The translations under genes were made by a program, and so were the position numbers. From NCBI GenBank assembly GCA_040880545.1, contig JBBDIE010000180.1, positions 13,962 through 64,897 on the forward strand: a stretch of 50,936 bases of DNA, in the 5' to 3' direction. The notes below the pieces were generated by a model, which made no database searches, was not told the origin of the DNA, and saw only the letters and a list, made by a program, of their open reading frames with translations. Below, piece after piece: positions 25,474 through 34,612 of the stretch; positions within the stretch are counted from its first letter, which is position 1, and each line of letters begins with the position of its first letter. The DNA is from Bacteroidales bacterium. GTDB taxonomy: Bacteria; Bacteroidota; Bacteroidia; Bacteroidales; GCA-2748055.

Positions 25474-26175
25474 ATGCAGGAGAGGAGTTATAATGCTGAT
25501 AACTGCATTGACAATCCAAAGTCAGTTTTTATTGTTCTGACTGAAAAAGAGAAGGATTTTTTAAAACAAAACTACACCTGTGCTTTTTACAAGAAAGGCG
25601 AGATTATTTTCAAGGAGGGAGACAAACCCATGGGGCTGATGAGTCTTTCCGAGGGGAAAGTTAAGATTTTTAAAGAAGGAGTCGGTGGTAGGGAACAGAT
25701 TGTTCGGATGGCCAAACCAGTGGGATTTATTGGTTACAGGGCATTGTTTGCAGAGGAAAACCATACTGCCACAGGGGTTGCAATTGAAGATTCAGTAGCA
25801 TGTATTATAGACAAAGAGAGCCTTTACAAGGTAATGCGCAGCAACCCGGAACTGGCAATCAGTATCGTGAAATCATTTGCATCTGAGCTGGGATTCTCAA
25901 ATCACAGAACCGTCACCCTGACGCAAAAACATATACGCGGACGACTGGCTGAATCGTTGATATTCCTGAAGGATACCTATGGCTATGAGTCAGATGAAAA
26001 AACCATCAAGATATACCTCTCCAGGGAGGATGTGGCCAATTTATCCAATATGACTACCTCCAATGCCATCAGAACGCTGTCATCTTTTGCCCAGGAAGGA
26101 GTAATTTCCATCGATGGAAGGAAGATCAAAATCCTTGACTTGCAGAAGCTGGAAAGGATCAGTGACCTGGGATAA
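25474..26175 (+). CDS. Crp/Fnr family transcriptional regulator
   Basis: cNMP-binding fold (IFKEGD..GKVKI..FIGYRAL) and HTH LSREDVANLSNMTTSNAIRTLS. Confidence 0.92.
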   Translation: MQERSYNADNCIDNPKSVFIVLTEKEKDFLKQNYTCAFYKKGEIIFKEGDKPMGLMSLSEGKVKIFKEGVGGREQIVRMAKPVGFIGYRALFAEENHTATGVAIEDSVACIIDKESLYKVMRSNPELAISIVKSFASELGFSNHRTVTLTQKHIRGRLAESLIFLKDTYGYESDEKTIKIYLSREDVANLSNMTTSNAIRTLSSFAQEGVISIDGRKIKILDLQKLERISDLG

Positions 26176-26208
26176 AATCAGTTGTTACGGACCCACAGAT
26201 CTACCGGT

Positions 26209-27102
26209 ATGAAGTACATCGCTTATATCATTACCATTGCATTCCTGCGTCTGTTTGCTCTCCTGCCCCGCCCGATACTTTACCTGAAGTCGGACTTTCT
26301 ATGTTTCATCCTGTACAACATCATAGGGTATCGTAAAAAAATTACCACAACCAATTTACGTAATTCATTTCCCGAACTGTCCCAAAAAGAGATTGTATCC
26401 CTGAGGAAAAAATTCTACCACCACCTTACTGACCTGTTTATTGAAAATGCCGTTATGCTCTTTTATCCCAGGTCAAAAATGGAGAAGATGATTACATTTT
26501 CCAATCTTGAATTGCTTCACGAATATTATAACAGGGGTAGGGATCTGATAGTGCTCTCTGCACACTACAACAACTGGGAGTTATCTTCACTACTTGCACA
26601 CTCGCAGGATTACCTGGTAATTGCCGTATATAAACCATTGAAAAATAAATATTTTGACCAGCTCTACATAAAGGCTCGTACACGTTTTGGAGCAGCGGCT
26701 ATACCAATGAAACGGATTGGTAGAGAGTTATTCGATTATAAAAATAACAATATTCTGACCCTGACCGGGATGATCGGTGACCAGCGCCCCATGAGGCGGC
26801 ACATTCAGTACTGGACCAATTTTTTAAACCAGAAAACGGCGGTCTTAACCGGAACTGAAAAACTAGCCAGGAAATTCAATTCAGTAGTTATTTACATGAA
26901 AGTACACAAAATACAACGTGGTAAATACATAGCAGAGTTTGAACTGATCACGGATAATCCGTCTGAAACAGCTCCCAATGAGATCACTGAAAAATATACG
27001 AGGATCCTGGAGAAGATGATCATGGATGAACCTGCCTACTGGCTCTGGAGCCACAACAGGTGGAAGGTGAATTACGAAGAATGGATAAAGGAACACAATT
27101 GA
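26209..27102 (+). CDS. Lipid A acyltransferase (LpxL/HtrB family)
   Basis: AHYNNWE catalytic motif, YKPLKN, GDQRP, YWLWSHNRWK. Confidence 0.9.
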   Translation: MKYIAYIITIAFLRLFALLPRPILYLKSDFLCFILYNIIGYRKKITTTNLRNSFPELSQKEIVSLRKKFYHHLTDLFIENAVMLFYPRSKMEKMITFSNLELLHEYYNRGRDLIVLSAHYNNWELSSLLAHSQDYLVIAVYKPLKNKYFDQLYIKARTRFGAAAIPMKRIGRELFDYKNNNILTLTGMIGDQRPMRRHIQYWTNFLNQKTAVLTGTEKLARKFNSVVIYMKVHKIQRGKYIAEFELITDNPSETAPNEITEKYTRILEKMIMDEPAYWLWSHNRWKVNYEEWIKEHN

Positions 27103-27103
27103 T

Positions 27104-27880
27104 TCAGCCGCTTTCCTTCTCTGATTCACTTAGCCAAAGATCCCTGAGTTTCAGATACTTCAACCAGACCTCACGGGCACCAAGTTTGCTGATGATAAAA
27201 CCGGAGCGGCCATCAATAATGCCCAGCCTGAAAATATAATCATTTAAAAACCTCCATACAGTATGGATGTTCCGCTTGATCAGGTTTGTGCGGATTCCCA
27301 TCTTGTAATATGACCGGGCATGGATCGTTGAAAACCTGTCCAGTTGCTGAAGATGTTCTTCCACTGTATAATAGGAATAGTGCAACAGGTCACCGTGAAG
27401 ATGCTTTTTTCTCGCTTCCGGATCCATGATGAATTTATCGTGCGGATTTAGTCCTCCCCATTGCCCCTTCCTGGCATCCCATAACCGGAGCTTTCTTGAA
27501 GGATACCAAGTGGTGTGTTTGATCCATTTCCCACAATAATTTGTTAACCGGTTGAAATAATAACCATCCATCTCCCAGTCACTCTTCACCAACAGGATCG
27601 AACTCTTCAACTCTTCCGACAAAGCTTCATCCGCATCAAGGGAAAGAATGTGAGGATATTTGGCCTGGGTGATGGCCCAGTTTTTCTGTTCAATATGGCT
27701 ATGAAAAGTGTGCTCGATAAATCTTGCCCCCTGCGCTCTGCATATCTCACCCGTACGGTCGGTTGAATATGAATCTACCACCACGATATCATCGGCAACC
27801 GCTTTTACCGACTCCAGGCACTGCCCTATATTTTTCTCTTCGTTGTAGGTTATTACAACAACTGATAACTTAATCTGCAT
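27104..27880 (-). CDS. GT2 glycosyltransferase (KdtX/WaaE-like)
   Basis: SVVVITYNEE, VVDSYSTDRT, LSLDADE, LLHYSY. Confidence 0.9.
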   Translation of the reverse strand: MQIKLSVVVITYNEEKNIGQCLESVKAVADDIVVVDSYSTDRTGEICRAQGARFIEHTFHSHIEQKNWAITQAKYPHILSLDADEALSEELKSSILLVKSDWEMDGYYFNRLTNYCGKWIKHTTWYPSRKLRLWDARKGQWGGLNPHDKFIMDPEARKKHLHGDLLHYSYYTVEEHLQQLDRFSTIHARSYYKMGIRTNLIKRNIHTVWRFLNDYIFRLGIIDGRSGFIISKLGAREVWLKYLKLRDLWLSESEKESG

Positions 27881-30337
27881 CTATTCTCTTATATACACCC
27901 GCTTTACTCTTTCGGGTATACCTGTTAATACTTCATATACAATGGTTCCCACCTGCTCCGCCATCTCAGACACCGGACAGTTCCTCCCGAATAACTCCAC
28001 ATGGTCACCTATGGTTGCTCCTGTACCGGTAATATCGAGCATGGTCATATCCATACAGATATGTCCTATGGTTGGTGCGTAACTTCCGTTAACATAAAAT
28101 GAATAGTTACCATTACCCAAATGACGGTTAATTCCATCTGCATATCCCACCGGCAGGGTCGCTATCAGAGAATCCCGCTTTACCTTCCCGCTTCTTCCAT
28201 AACCAATGGTCTCTCCCGATTTTACCCGGCGAATTTGTGAAATGATCGTCCTGAATGTGCTCACCGGCTCCAACCCCTTGCCCAATCCCTGTCCGTACAA
28301 ACCTATTCCCACCCGCACCATATCCATCTGATACTCTGGAAACCTCTCTATTCCTGCCGAATTCAACATGTGTAGTAACGTGCCTTCACCGGTAATTTCC
28401 TTCATTTGTCCGGCCATCTTTGTAAATTCATCCACTTGCTGCCGTGTAAAGTCGTCCAGCGACGGATCTTCACTGGCAGCCAGATGGGTAAAGATACTCC
28501 TTACCAATATTTCTCCGGTGGATAGTTTCTCCTTTAACCAGCTTACATCCCCGGCCTCAAAACCCAGCCGGTGCATTCCCGTATCAAGTTTGATATGTAC
28601 CGGTTGTCCTAATACTCCCATATAATTACACTCTCGCAAAAACCTCTCCAACCCTTCCCTGCTGTAAATTTCCGGCTCAAGATGGTTTTCCAGCAATGTC
28701 CGGTAATCGTCCATATCTGCATTCATTACCATCACCGGCAGTTGAACGCCCGACATCCTTAACCGCACACCCTCATCTGGAAATGCCACCGCCAGGTAAT
28801 CGACCTGCTCATGCTGCAGCGATTCAGCAATCTCATGGGCCCCTGATCCATACGACAACGCTTTGACCATTACCATCACTTTCGTGGAGGGTTTGAGCAA
28901 CGACCTGAAATAATTCAGGTTACCTACCATCTCATTCATATTGATCTCCAGCACCGTCTTGTGAACCTGCATCTGTAGAATCCTGGTAATCTCTTCAAAA
29001 TGAAATTTCCTTGCTCCTTTGATCAGTACCGCAAAATCTTCAATTTCCCTGGGGTCGAACTCCTGCAAAAAATTACCTGTATCGCTGTAAAACCTTGTAT
29101 TTTCAGGAAACCGGCTCCACTGTTCCGATATATTCTTCCCGATACAATATATTCTGTCGATCGCTTTAAACTTAAGTAATTCCGCTACCTCACCATACAA
29201 TACCCCATGGTCCATGCCACTCTGGAAAACATCCGACAGGATTACCGCTTTCTTACTGTGCTTCTTCTGTTGAATAAGCACATTCAATGCTACACTTAGT
29301 CCCGTAAGGTCCGAATTGTACACATCATTGACCAGGGTGCTGCCATAAATCCCCTTCAGGGTCTCCAAACGCATCTCCACAGGTTCGAGTCCGGCCAGTA
29401 ACTGGTTTATTTTCCCATGCTCCATCCCGAGTTCCGACAACGCGGTAATCACATGAAGCTGATTTTCAACCGAGGCTTCATCTGTAAAAGGCAATACAAA
29501 TTTTGAATGCTGTCCTTGCCGGTTCAGATCCACTACTTCCGGTTCCAGACCAGGTTCAGGAAAGGTATAGGTATACGCAGCCTCTTCTGAATACGACCAG
29601 GAAATCGGTTCACATTCCAGTTCTCTTAGAAATGAGGCTATACCCTTACCATCCACCAAAAGATCTGCCCTGTATATCAACTTCCTGCAATTCCTGAACA
29701 ATTTCAGTTTCTCCGTCAGCTTCTGACTCGCCGAATCGAAATTCTCACGATGCGCCGGGCCGATGTTTGTAAGAATACCCAGATCGGGCCTGATGATCCT
29801 TTCAAGCTTCTCCATCTCCCCCGGCAGGGAAATCCCTGCTTCAATTACAGCTGCTCTGTACCTGTCAGTTAACTGCCACAATGAGAGAGGAACACCTAGC
29901 TGGGAATTATAACTGCGTGGACTGCGCACCACACTCATCTCGTGCTGCAACAGCTGATAGATCCACTCCTTGACAATGGTTTTACCGTTGCTGCCAGTAA
30001 TGGCCATCACAACACCACTGAATGAATTTCTTCGCGCTCCAGCCAGTTTCTGAAGGGCAGAAAGGGTGTCGTTAACCACACAGAAAGTTGCCCCGGGAAG
30101 CTCACTGAATGCCGGTTCCTTATCTGTGAGAAAACTCTGTACCCCCTGCTTATAAACATCCGGTATATAGCTGTTACCATCATGATGATCTCCCCTTATG
30201 GCAACAAACAAAACCTTGTCTATACCAGGTAATGATCTGCTGTCCGTAGCGATCTGGCTAACCAAACGATCGGGATCACCGTAAATCTTTCCACCGGTAA
30301 CTGTTGCTATCTGATGCAAGTGAAGGGATTCACTCAT
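27881..30337 (-). CDS. alr: Bifunctional MurF-like ligase / alanine racemase
   Basis: MurF part: [22 protein letters not shown]. Racemase part: [10 protein letters not shown] (PLP Lys), [19 protein letters not shown]. Confidence 0.93.
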   Translation of the reverse strand: MSESLHLHQIATVTGGKIYGDPDRLVSQIATDSRSLPGIDKVLFVAIRGDHHDGNSYIPDVYKQGVQSFLTDKEPAFSELPGATFCVVNDTLSALQKLAGARRNSFSGVVMAITGSNGKTIVKEWIYQLLQHEMSVVRSPRSYNSQLGVPLSLWQLTDRYRAAVIEAGISLPGEMEKLERIIRPDLGILTNIGPAHRENFDSASQKLTEKLKLFRNCRKLIYRADLLVDGKGIASFLRELECEPISWSYSEEAAYTYTFPEPGLEPEVVDLNRQGQHSKFVLPFTDEASVENQLHVITALSELGMEHGKINQLLAGLEPVEMRLETLKGIYGSTLVNDVYNSDLTGLSVALNVLIQQKKHSKKAVILSDVFQSGMDHGVLYGEVAELLKFKAIDRIYCIGKNISEQWSRFPENTRFYSDTGNFLQEFDPREIEDFAVLIKGARKFHFEEITRILQMQVHKTVLEINMNEMVGNLNYFRSLLKPSTKVMVMVKALSYGSGAHEIAESLQHEQVDYLAVAFPDEGVRLRMSGVQLPVMVMNADMDDYRTLLENHLEPEIYSREGLERFLRECNYMGVLGQPVHIKLDTGMHRLGFEAGDVSWLKEKLSTGEILVRSIFTHLAASEDPSLDDFTRQQVDEFTKMAGQMKEITGEGTLLHMLNSAGIERFPEYQMDMVRVGIGLYGQGLGKGLEPVSTFRTIISQIRRVKSGETIGYGRSGKVKRDSLIATLPVGYADGINRHLGNGNYSFYVNGSYAPTIGHICMDMTMLDITGTGATIGDHVELFGRNCPVSEMAEQVGTIVYEVLTGIPERVKRVYIRE

Positions 30338-30935
30338 GATGCTTCAATCCTTTAGTATTGTTTAAAAAATCATCCTGATAACATTTTCTGCACAACGGTT
30401 CATAAATGTTGGTTTCTCCCAGAACCACCAGGTCATCCTGCTCTGATGTCCTGTGGGAATGATTTGCCAGGCTACCGCACCTGACACAAATGGCATGTAC
30501 CTTTGTAACATACTCTGCCGTGGCAAGCAAAGCGGGAATCGGACCAAAGGGTTTTCCACGAAAATCCATGTCAAGCCCTGCAACAATAACCCGCAATCCG
30601 CTGTTTGCAAGTTTATTACAAACCTCCACCAGCCCGTTATCGAAAAATTGTGCTTCATCAATACCCACCACATCCACTTCGTTTGTAAGCAACAGAATGT
30701 TCTGGGAAGAATCAACCGGCGTGGAACGAATGCTGTTCTCGTCATGGGATACAACCTCCTCCTCCGAATAGCGGATATCAACCTTCGGCTTAAATATCTC
30801 CACACGTAACCTGGCAAATTCAGCCCGCCTGAGCCGGCGGATCAATTCTTCTGTCTTTCCTGAAAACATGGAACCGCAAATTACCTCTATCCAGCCGCCC
30901 TTTTTTGAATTCTTTATTGTGTCTTCAAGAAACAT
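30330..30935 (-). CDS. tdk: Thymidine kinase
   Basis: [26 protein letters not shown], zinc Cys pairs CVRC and CRKC. Confidence 0.96.
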   Translation of the reverse strand: MFLEDTIKNSKKGGWIEVICGSMFSGKTEELIRRLRRAEFARLRVEIFKPKVDIRYSEEEVVSHDENSIRSTPVDSSQNILLLTNEVDVVGIDEAQFFDNGLVEVCNKLANSGLRVIVAGLDMDFRGKPFGPIPALLATAEYVTKVHAICVRCGSLANHSHRTSEQDDLVVLGETNIYEPLCRKCYQDDFLNNTKGLKHHE

Positions 30936-30984
30936 GATCGCGAAAATCTTAATAACTCTTAAATATCTTCAACGGTTATTATTG

Positions 30985-30992
30985 TAACTTTG
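30985..30992 (+). promoter_or_regulatory. sigmaA -7 element (TAACTTTG)
   Basis: Exact match about 100 nt upstream of the 31091 ORF. Confidence 0.55.
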
Positions 30993-31090
30993 TCATCAAA
31001 TCAACAGGTTATATTGTAATTTTAACCTGTCCTCAGCAATGTGAACGACAACCTTTCGTTTAATTATAGATGCCTAAATGATCAATTATT

Positions 31091-31927
31091 ATGGAAATCA
31101 AACATACCATTGAAATATTGACTAAAGATATACAAGATATAGAAAAACTTGTCCGAAACCTGAATAATTATCCAACCCCTCCACAAATTGAACTAGACCT
31201 CGCAATGTCTAAGCTCAGGCATGTTTACGACCTGCTTCTGATGATCTCCAAAGACAGCAAAGAGGAAAGGGAAAGTAAATTGGGCGAAGGAAAATCAACC
31301 CAGGAGAAAGTGGCTGAATTGAAAAATCAGGAGGATTTTCACAATGTGACAGGAGGAAATGGACAGTCACTCGAGCAAAACACCGGAACAGATCCGTCCG
31401 TTTCAGAAGATGAGAGGAGTACCCCCCCCGCAGAACAAAAAGATCCGGCAACTGAAAAGGTTGACCAATCAGCAGATTCTGCTGCCCCTGCCGGGGAAAC
31501 TGAACATCCAAAATTATCCGGGGAGGAGAAAGCCCCGGAAAGTGGATCTAACGATCCTGCCCGGGAAAAAAAGAGTGAAGAAATAAAAAAGTCCTCCATA
31601 CTAGCTGAAAAATTCGCAGCCGATAGGAGTATCAACGAAAAAATTTCCTCCGGTTCCGCCAGGGATATGTCCTCCAGGTTGAAGGAAGAACCCATTGATT
31701 CCATAAAACGAAACATCGGTATCAACGACCGCTTCCTGATCATCCGCGAACTGATGGACGGAGACAACGAACGATTTAACCAGTTGGTTGTAAAACTCGA
31801 CTCCTGTACAAATTTCAATGAGGCTTACCAATTGATCGAAACAACATTTCCGGGCAAAACTGACCACGAAGGTATTACCATTTTGGTGAGATTAGCAAGG
31901 CGAAGGTTTATGAGCAGGGATGTCTAA
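31091..31927 (+). CDS. Conserved hypothetical protein (helical N-terminus, charged disordered linker, IGINDRF C-terminal domain)
   Basis: 278 aa ORF overlapping the rsmI start; C-terminal IGINDRFLIIRELMDGD...RRRF. Confidence 0.8.
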   Translation: MEIKHTIEILTKDIQDIEKLVRNLNNYPTPPQIELDLAMSKLRHVYDLLLMISKDSKEERESKLGEGKSTQEKVAELKNQEDFHNVTGGNGQSLEQNTGTDPSVSEDERSTPPAEQKDPATEKVDQSADSAAPAGETEHPKLSGEEKAPESGSNDPAREKKSEEIKKSSILAEKFAADRSINEKISSGSARDMSSRLKEEPIDSIKRNIGINDRFLIIRELMDGDNERFNQLVVKLDSCTNFNEAYQLIETTFPGKTDHEGITILVRLARRRFMSRDV

Positions 31928-32588
31928 ACTATATCTCATACCAACTCCCATTGGAAATCTGGAAGACATTACCCTCAGGGCAATTCGTATCCTGGGGGAA
32001 GTTGATCTTGTACTTGCTGAAGATACAAGGAAAACCGGCTTCCTGCTGAAACATCTTGAGATATCCAAACCAATACGCTCCCACCATAAATTCAATGAAC
32101 ACAAAGCTTTACAGTCTGTCATTGAACAGTTAATAGCAGGAACTAATATCGGGCTTGTCACAGATGCAGGTACACCCGGTATTTCCGATCCCGGGTTCCT
32201 GATAATCCGCGAGTGCCTGAGGAACAATATTGAAGTGGAGAGCCTCCCGGGCGCCACTGCTTTTATCCCTGCACTGGTGAATTCCGGACTACCATCTGAC
32301 CGGTTTACTTTTGAAGGGTTTCTCCCTCCCAAAAAAGGCAGGCAGAAACGCCTTGATTCCCTGGAACTTGAACCCAGGACTATGATCTTCTATGAATCAC
32401 CTTACCGCATTCTGAAAACCCTGGAGAAATTTAAAATCCATTTTGGAGTCGAACGTCAGGCCTCCGTTTCCAGAGAGTTGACAAAGATGCATGAGGAAAA
32501 TGTCAGGGGTACGTTGGGAGAACTGATCGAACATTTTAAAAAAAGCACCACCAAAGGTGAATTTGTGATTGTGGTTGCCGGAAAATAA
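31920..32588 (+). CDS. rsmI: 16S rRNA (cytidine1402-2'-O)-methyltransferase
   Basis: LYLIPTPIGNLEDIT, AEDTR, DAGTPGISDPG, FYESPYR, RELTKMHEE. Confidence 0.96.
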   Translation: MSKLYLIPTPIGNLEDITLRAIRILGEVDLVLAEDTRKTGFLLKHLEISKPIRSHHKFNEHKALQSVIEQLIAGTNIGLVTDAGTPGISDPGFLIIRECLRNNIEVESLPGATAFIPALVNSGLPSDRFTFEGFLPPKKGRQKRLDSLELEPRTMIFYESPYRILKTLEKFKIHFGVERQASVSRELTKMHEENVRGTLGELIEHFKKSTTKGEFVIVVAGK

Positions 32589-33066
32589 CGTCAATCCAAT
32601 CATTAACCCGAACATAACATAACTAATAATCTTTTTCATTACTAGAGAATCAGGTTAAACCTTTTGATATTCTATTATTGATCCATGATAAAAATGGCCA
32701 TTCCGATATCAATGCCATGGAACACGCATCTGCTTTCATTGGCTTTCGCAAAAGATTTTGTATGGCTGTTTCATTACCATTTTTTTCAATTATACATATA
32801 AAGACATACGCTGATTTTAAAAGATGCATCTTACCGGATAAAAAATATAAACCCACAAGGAACATCCCATCCCCGGACAGCCGGGCCATAATAAAAGAGT
32901 TGCCGGTATTATTTTGTCCGGTTCCGTACACCAATGATTCGATTTCGTTCGCTTCCATGCAAGTACCTTTTAATCAATAATCCTTATATCTATCTGTTTT
33001 TTAACTATTTATAATCTTTGGCATATTTTATGTAAATGAACATATCAAACGCAAAAAGATTAAGAA

Positions 33067-33789
33067 ATGAAAACAAGTATCAACACAAGAGTATCAAACA
33101 GGATTATTACATCCATCATTGTGCTTACCATGGTAACAGCCACAGGTTACGCACAGGGACTTCTAATTGAAGGTATCACAAACCTGTTTAACAGTTTCAG
33201 GAATGCAGAAAACAATGAAGAATTTGTAGTTATAACAGCAGACTACAAACATGCAGATGCACAGAAAAATTACCACAATGCATTTCAAACGACTGTTTCT
33301 TTTGGCCAGCATATCGCTAAAGAAATGAATGAAGTAACATTATTTGTGGATACACAAATCAATCCGGTTGTGGTAAGGCGATTCAGTGTTAACGCCATTG
33401 AGCTTTCCTACGAGAACCAGTTGGAAACAGAACCATGGATGACTGAATCATTCAGTAACGAATTGGAAACCATTCCTGAGGTTGAGAACTGGATGACCGA
33501 ATCTCTTTCAGTCAACCTGGAGGAAGATGTTGTCGTTGAAGATTGGATGACAACCTCTTTCGGGCAAAACTTTGAGGAAAAATTGAACTCAGAATCCTGG
33601 ATGACAGAATCATTTTATCAGGGAATTGAAGCAGAAATGGAAGTGGAAGAGTGGATGACCGAACCGTTGATCTCCAACATGGATGAGGAAGAGCTACAGG
33701 TCGAAGAATGGATGACTGAACCGGTATATTCCGGATCTGATGAGGATGAATTGATTTTAGAAAACTGGATGACTAAGTTGTTAATCTGA
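33067..33789 (+). CDS. Secreted acidic protein with seven ExWMT tandem repeats, function unknown
   Basis: Signal peptide ending GYA|Q; Trp at residues 124, 142, 160, 178, 196, 215 and 234; followed by a terminator. Confidence 0.85.
   Translation: MKTSINTRVSNRIITSIIVLTMVTATGYAQGLLIEGITNLFNSFRNAENNEEFVVITADYKHADAQKNYHNAFQTTVSFGQHIAKEMNEVTLFVDTQINPVVVRRFSVNAIELSYENQLETEPWMTESFSNELETIPEVENWMTESLSVNLEEDVVVEDWMTTSFGQNFEEKLNSESWMTESFYQGIEAEMEVEEWMTEPLISNMDEEELQVEEWMTEPVYSGSDEDELILENWMTKLLI
33409..33786 (+). repeat. Coding tandem repeat, 7 units of 54-57 bp around TGGATGAC
   Basis: TGGATGAC recurs at 54,54,54,54,57,57-bp spacing. Confidence 0.9.
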
Positions 33790-33849
33790 TAAGAAATATT
33801 TTTGCGTAGGTTCGACCACCTCTGTTTACTTTACACACCCATATATTTC

Positions 33850-33888
33850 ACGGCCGGATGATATTTTAATCCGGCCGTTTATTTTTTT
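33850..33888 (+). terminator. Intrinsic terminator
   Basis: ACGGCCGGAT-N9-ATCCGGCCGT followed by ttattttttt. Confidence 0.85.
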
Positions 33889-33911
33889 AAATTTGTCCGA
33901 AATTATTTTCC

Positions 33912-34604
33912 GTGAATTATAAATATCTGTTTTTTGACCTTGATCGTACATTATGGGATTATGATGCAAATTCTTCCAGTGCTTTGTCCATGGTATATGA
34001 TGAGTTTAAACTGGACAGGCACTTCTCATCCAGGGAGGATTTCCTTAAAATTTATAACCGGAACAACGATATCCTGTGGGAAGATTATCGCAACGGGAAG
34101 GTAATGAAGGAAGATCTCCGGATAAAGAGGTTTGAAGACACCCTGCAGGCGGGGGAAATATACAACAGGGCCTTCTCCGAGGAGATAGGTGAACGATATA
34201 TGTATATTACTCCCCGGTTAAACACACTTACACCACACGCTGTGGAAACCCTGGAATATCTCACAAGGCAAAATTACAGGTTATATATTCTTACCAACGG
34301 GTTCCTGGAAACACAAAAGAAAAAGATGACCCACAGTTCCATTGACAATTACTTTATTCGCATCTTTTCATCGGAAGAGCTGGGAGTAAATAAACCGCGT
34401 CGGGAGATTTTTCACTGGGCAGTGTCCAGTATCCATGCACGAAAAAAAGAGTGCCTGATGATCGGCGACGACGCTGACGTAGACATCAGGGGGGCCATAA
34501 ACTATGGCATGGACAATGTCTGGTTTAACCCCGGTAAAGTACGAACCGAATTAAGGCCCACCTATATCATTCAGGATATTGGTGAACTCACATCGATCTT
34601 GTAG
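33912..34604 (+). CDS. yjjG: YjjG-family HAD pyrimidine nucleotidase
   Basis: FFDLDRTLWD, ILTNGF, NKP...IF, MIGDD..VDI.GA. GTG start preceded by TAAATTTG at 33888-33895. Confidence 0.88.
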   Translation: MNYKYLFFDLDRTLWDYDANSSSALSMVYDEFKLDRHFSSREDFLKIYNRNNDILWEDYRNGKVMKEDLRIKRFEDTLQAGEIYNRAFSEEIGERYMYITPRLNTLTPHAVETLEYLTRQNYRLYILTNGFLETQKKKMTHSSIDNYFIRIFSSEELGVNKPRREIFHWAVSSIHARKKECLMIGDDADVDIRGAINYGMDNVWFNPGKVRTELRPTYIIQDIGELTSIL

Positions 34605-34612
34605 TTCCCTAA

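Noticed and set aside
32650-32980. ORFs 32650-32958 (-) and 32678-32980 (+)
   Set aside because: No recognisable motifs, mutually overlapping, and they cover the putative regulatory region of the repeat-protein gene; probably spurious.
33409-33786. CRISPR-like periodic repeats
   Set aside because: The conserved core is only about 8 bp, the period is a multiple of 3 within an ORF, and no cas genes are present. It is a protein repeat.
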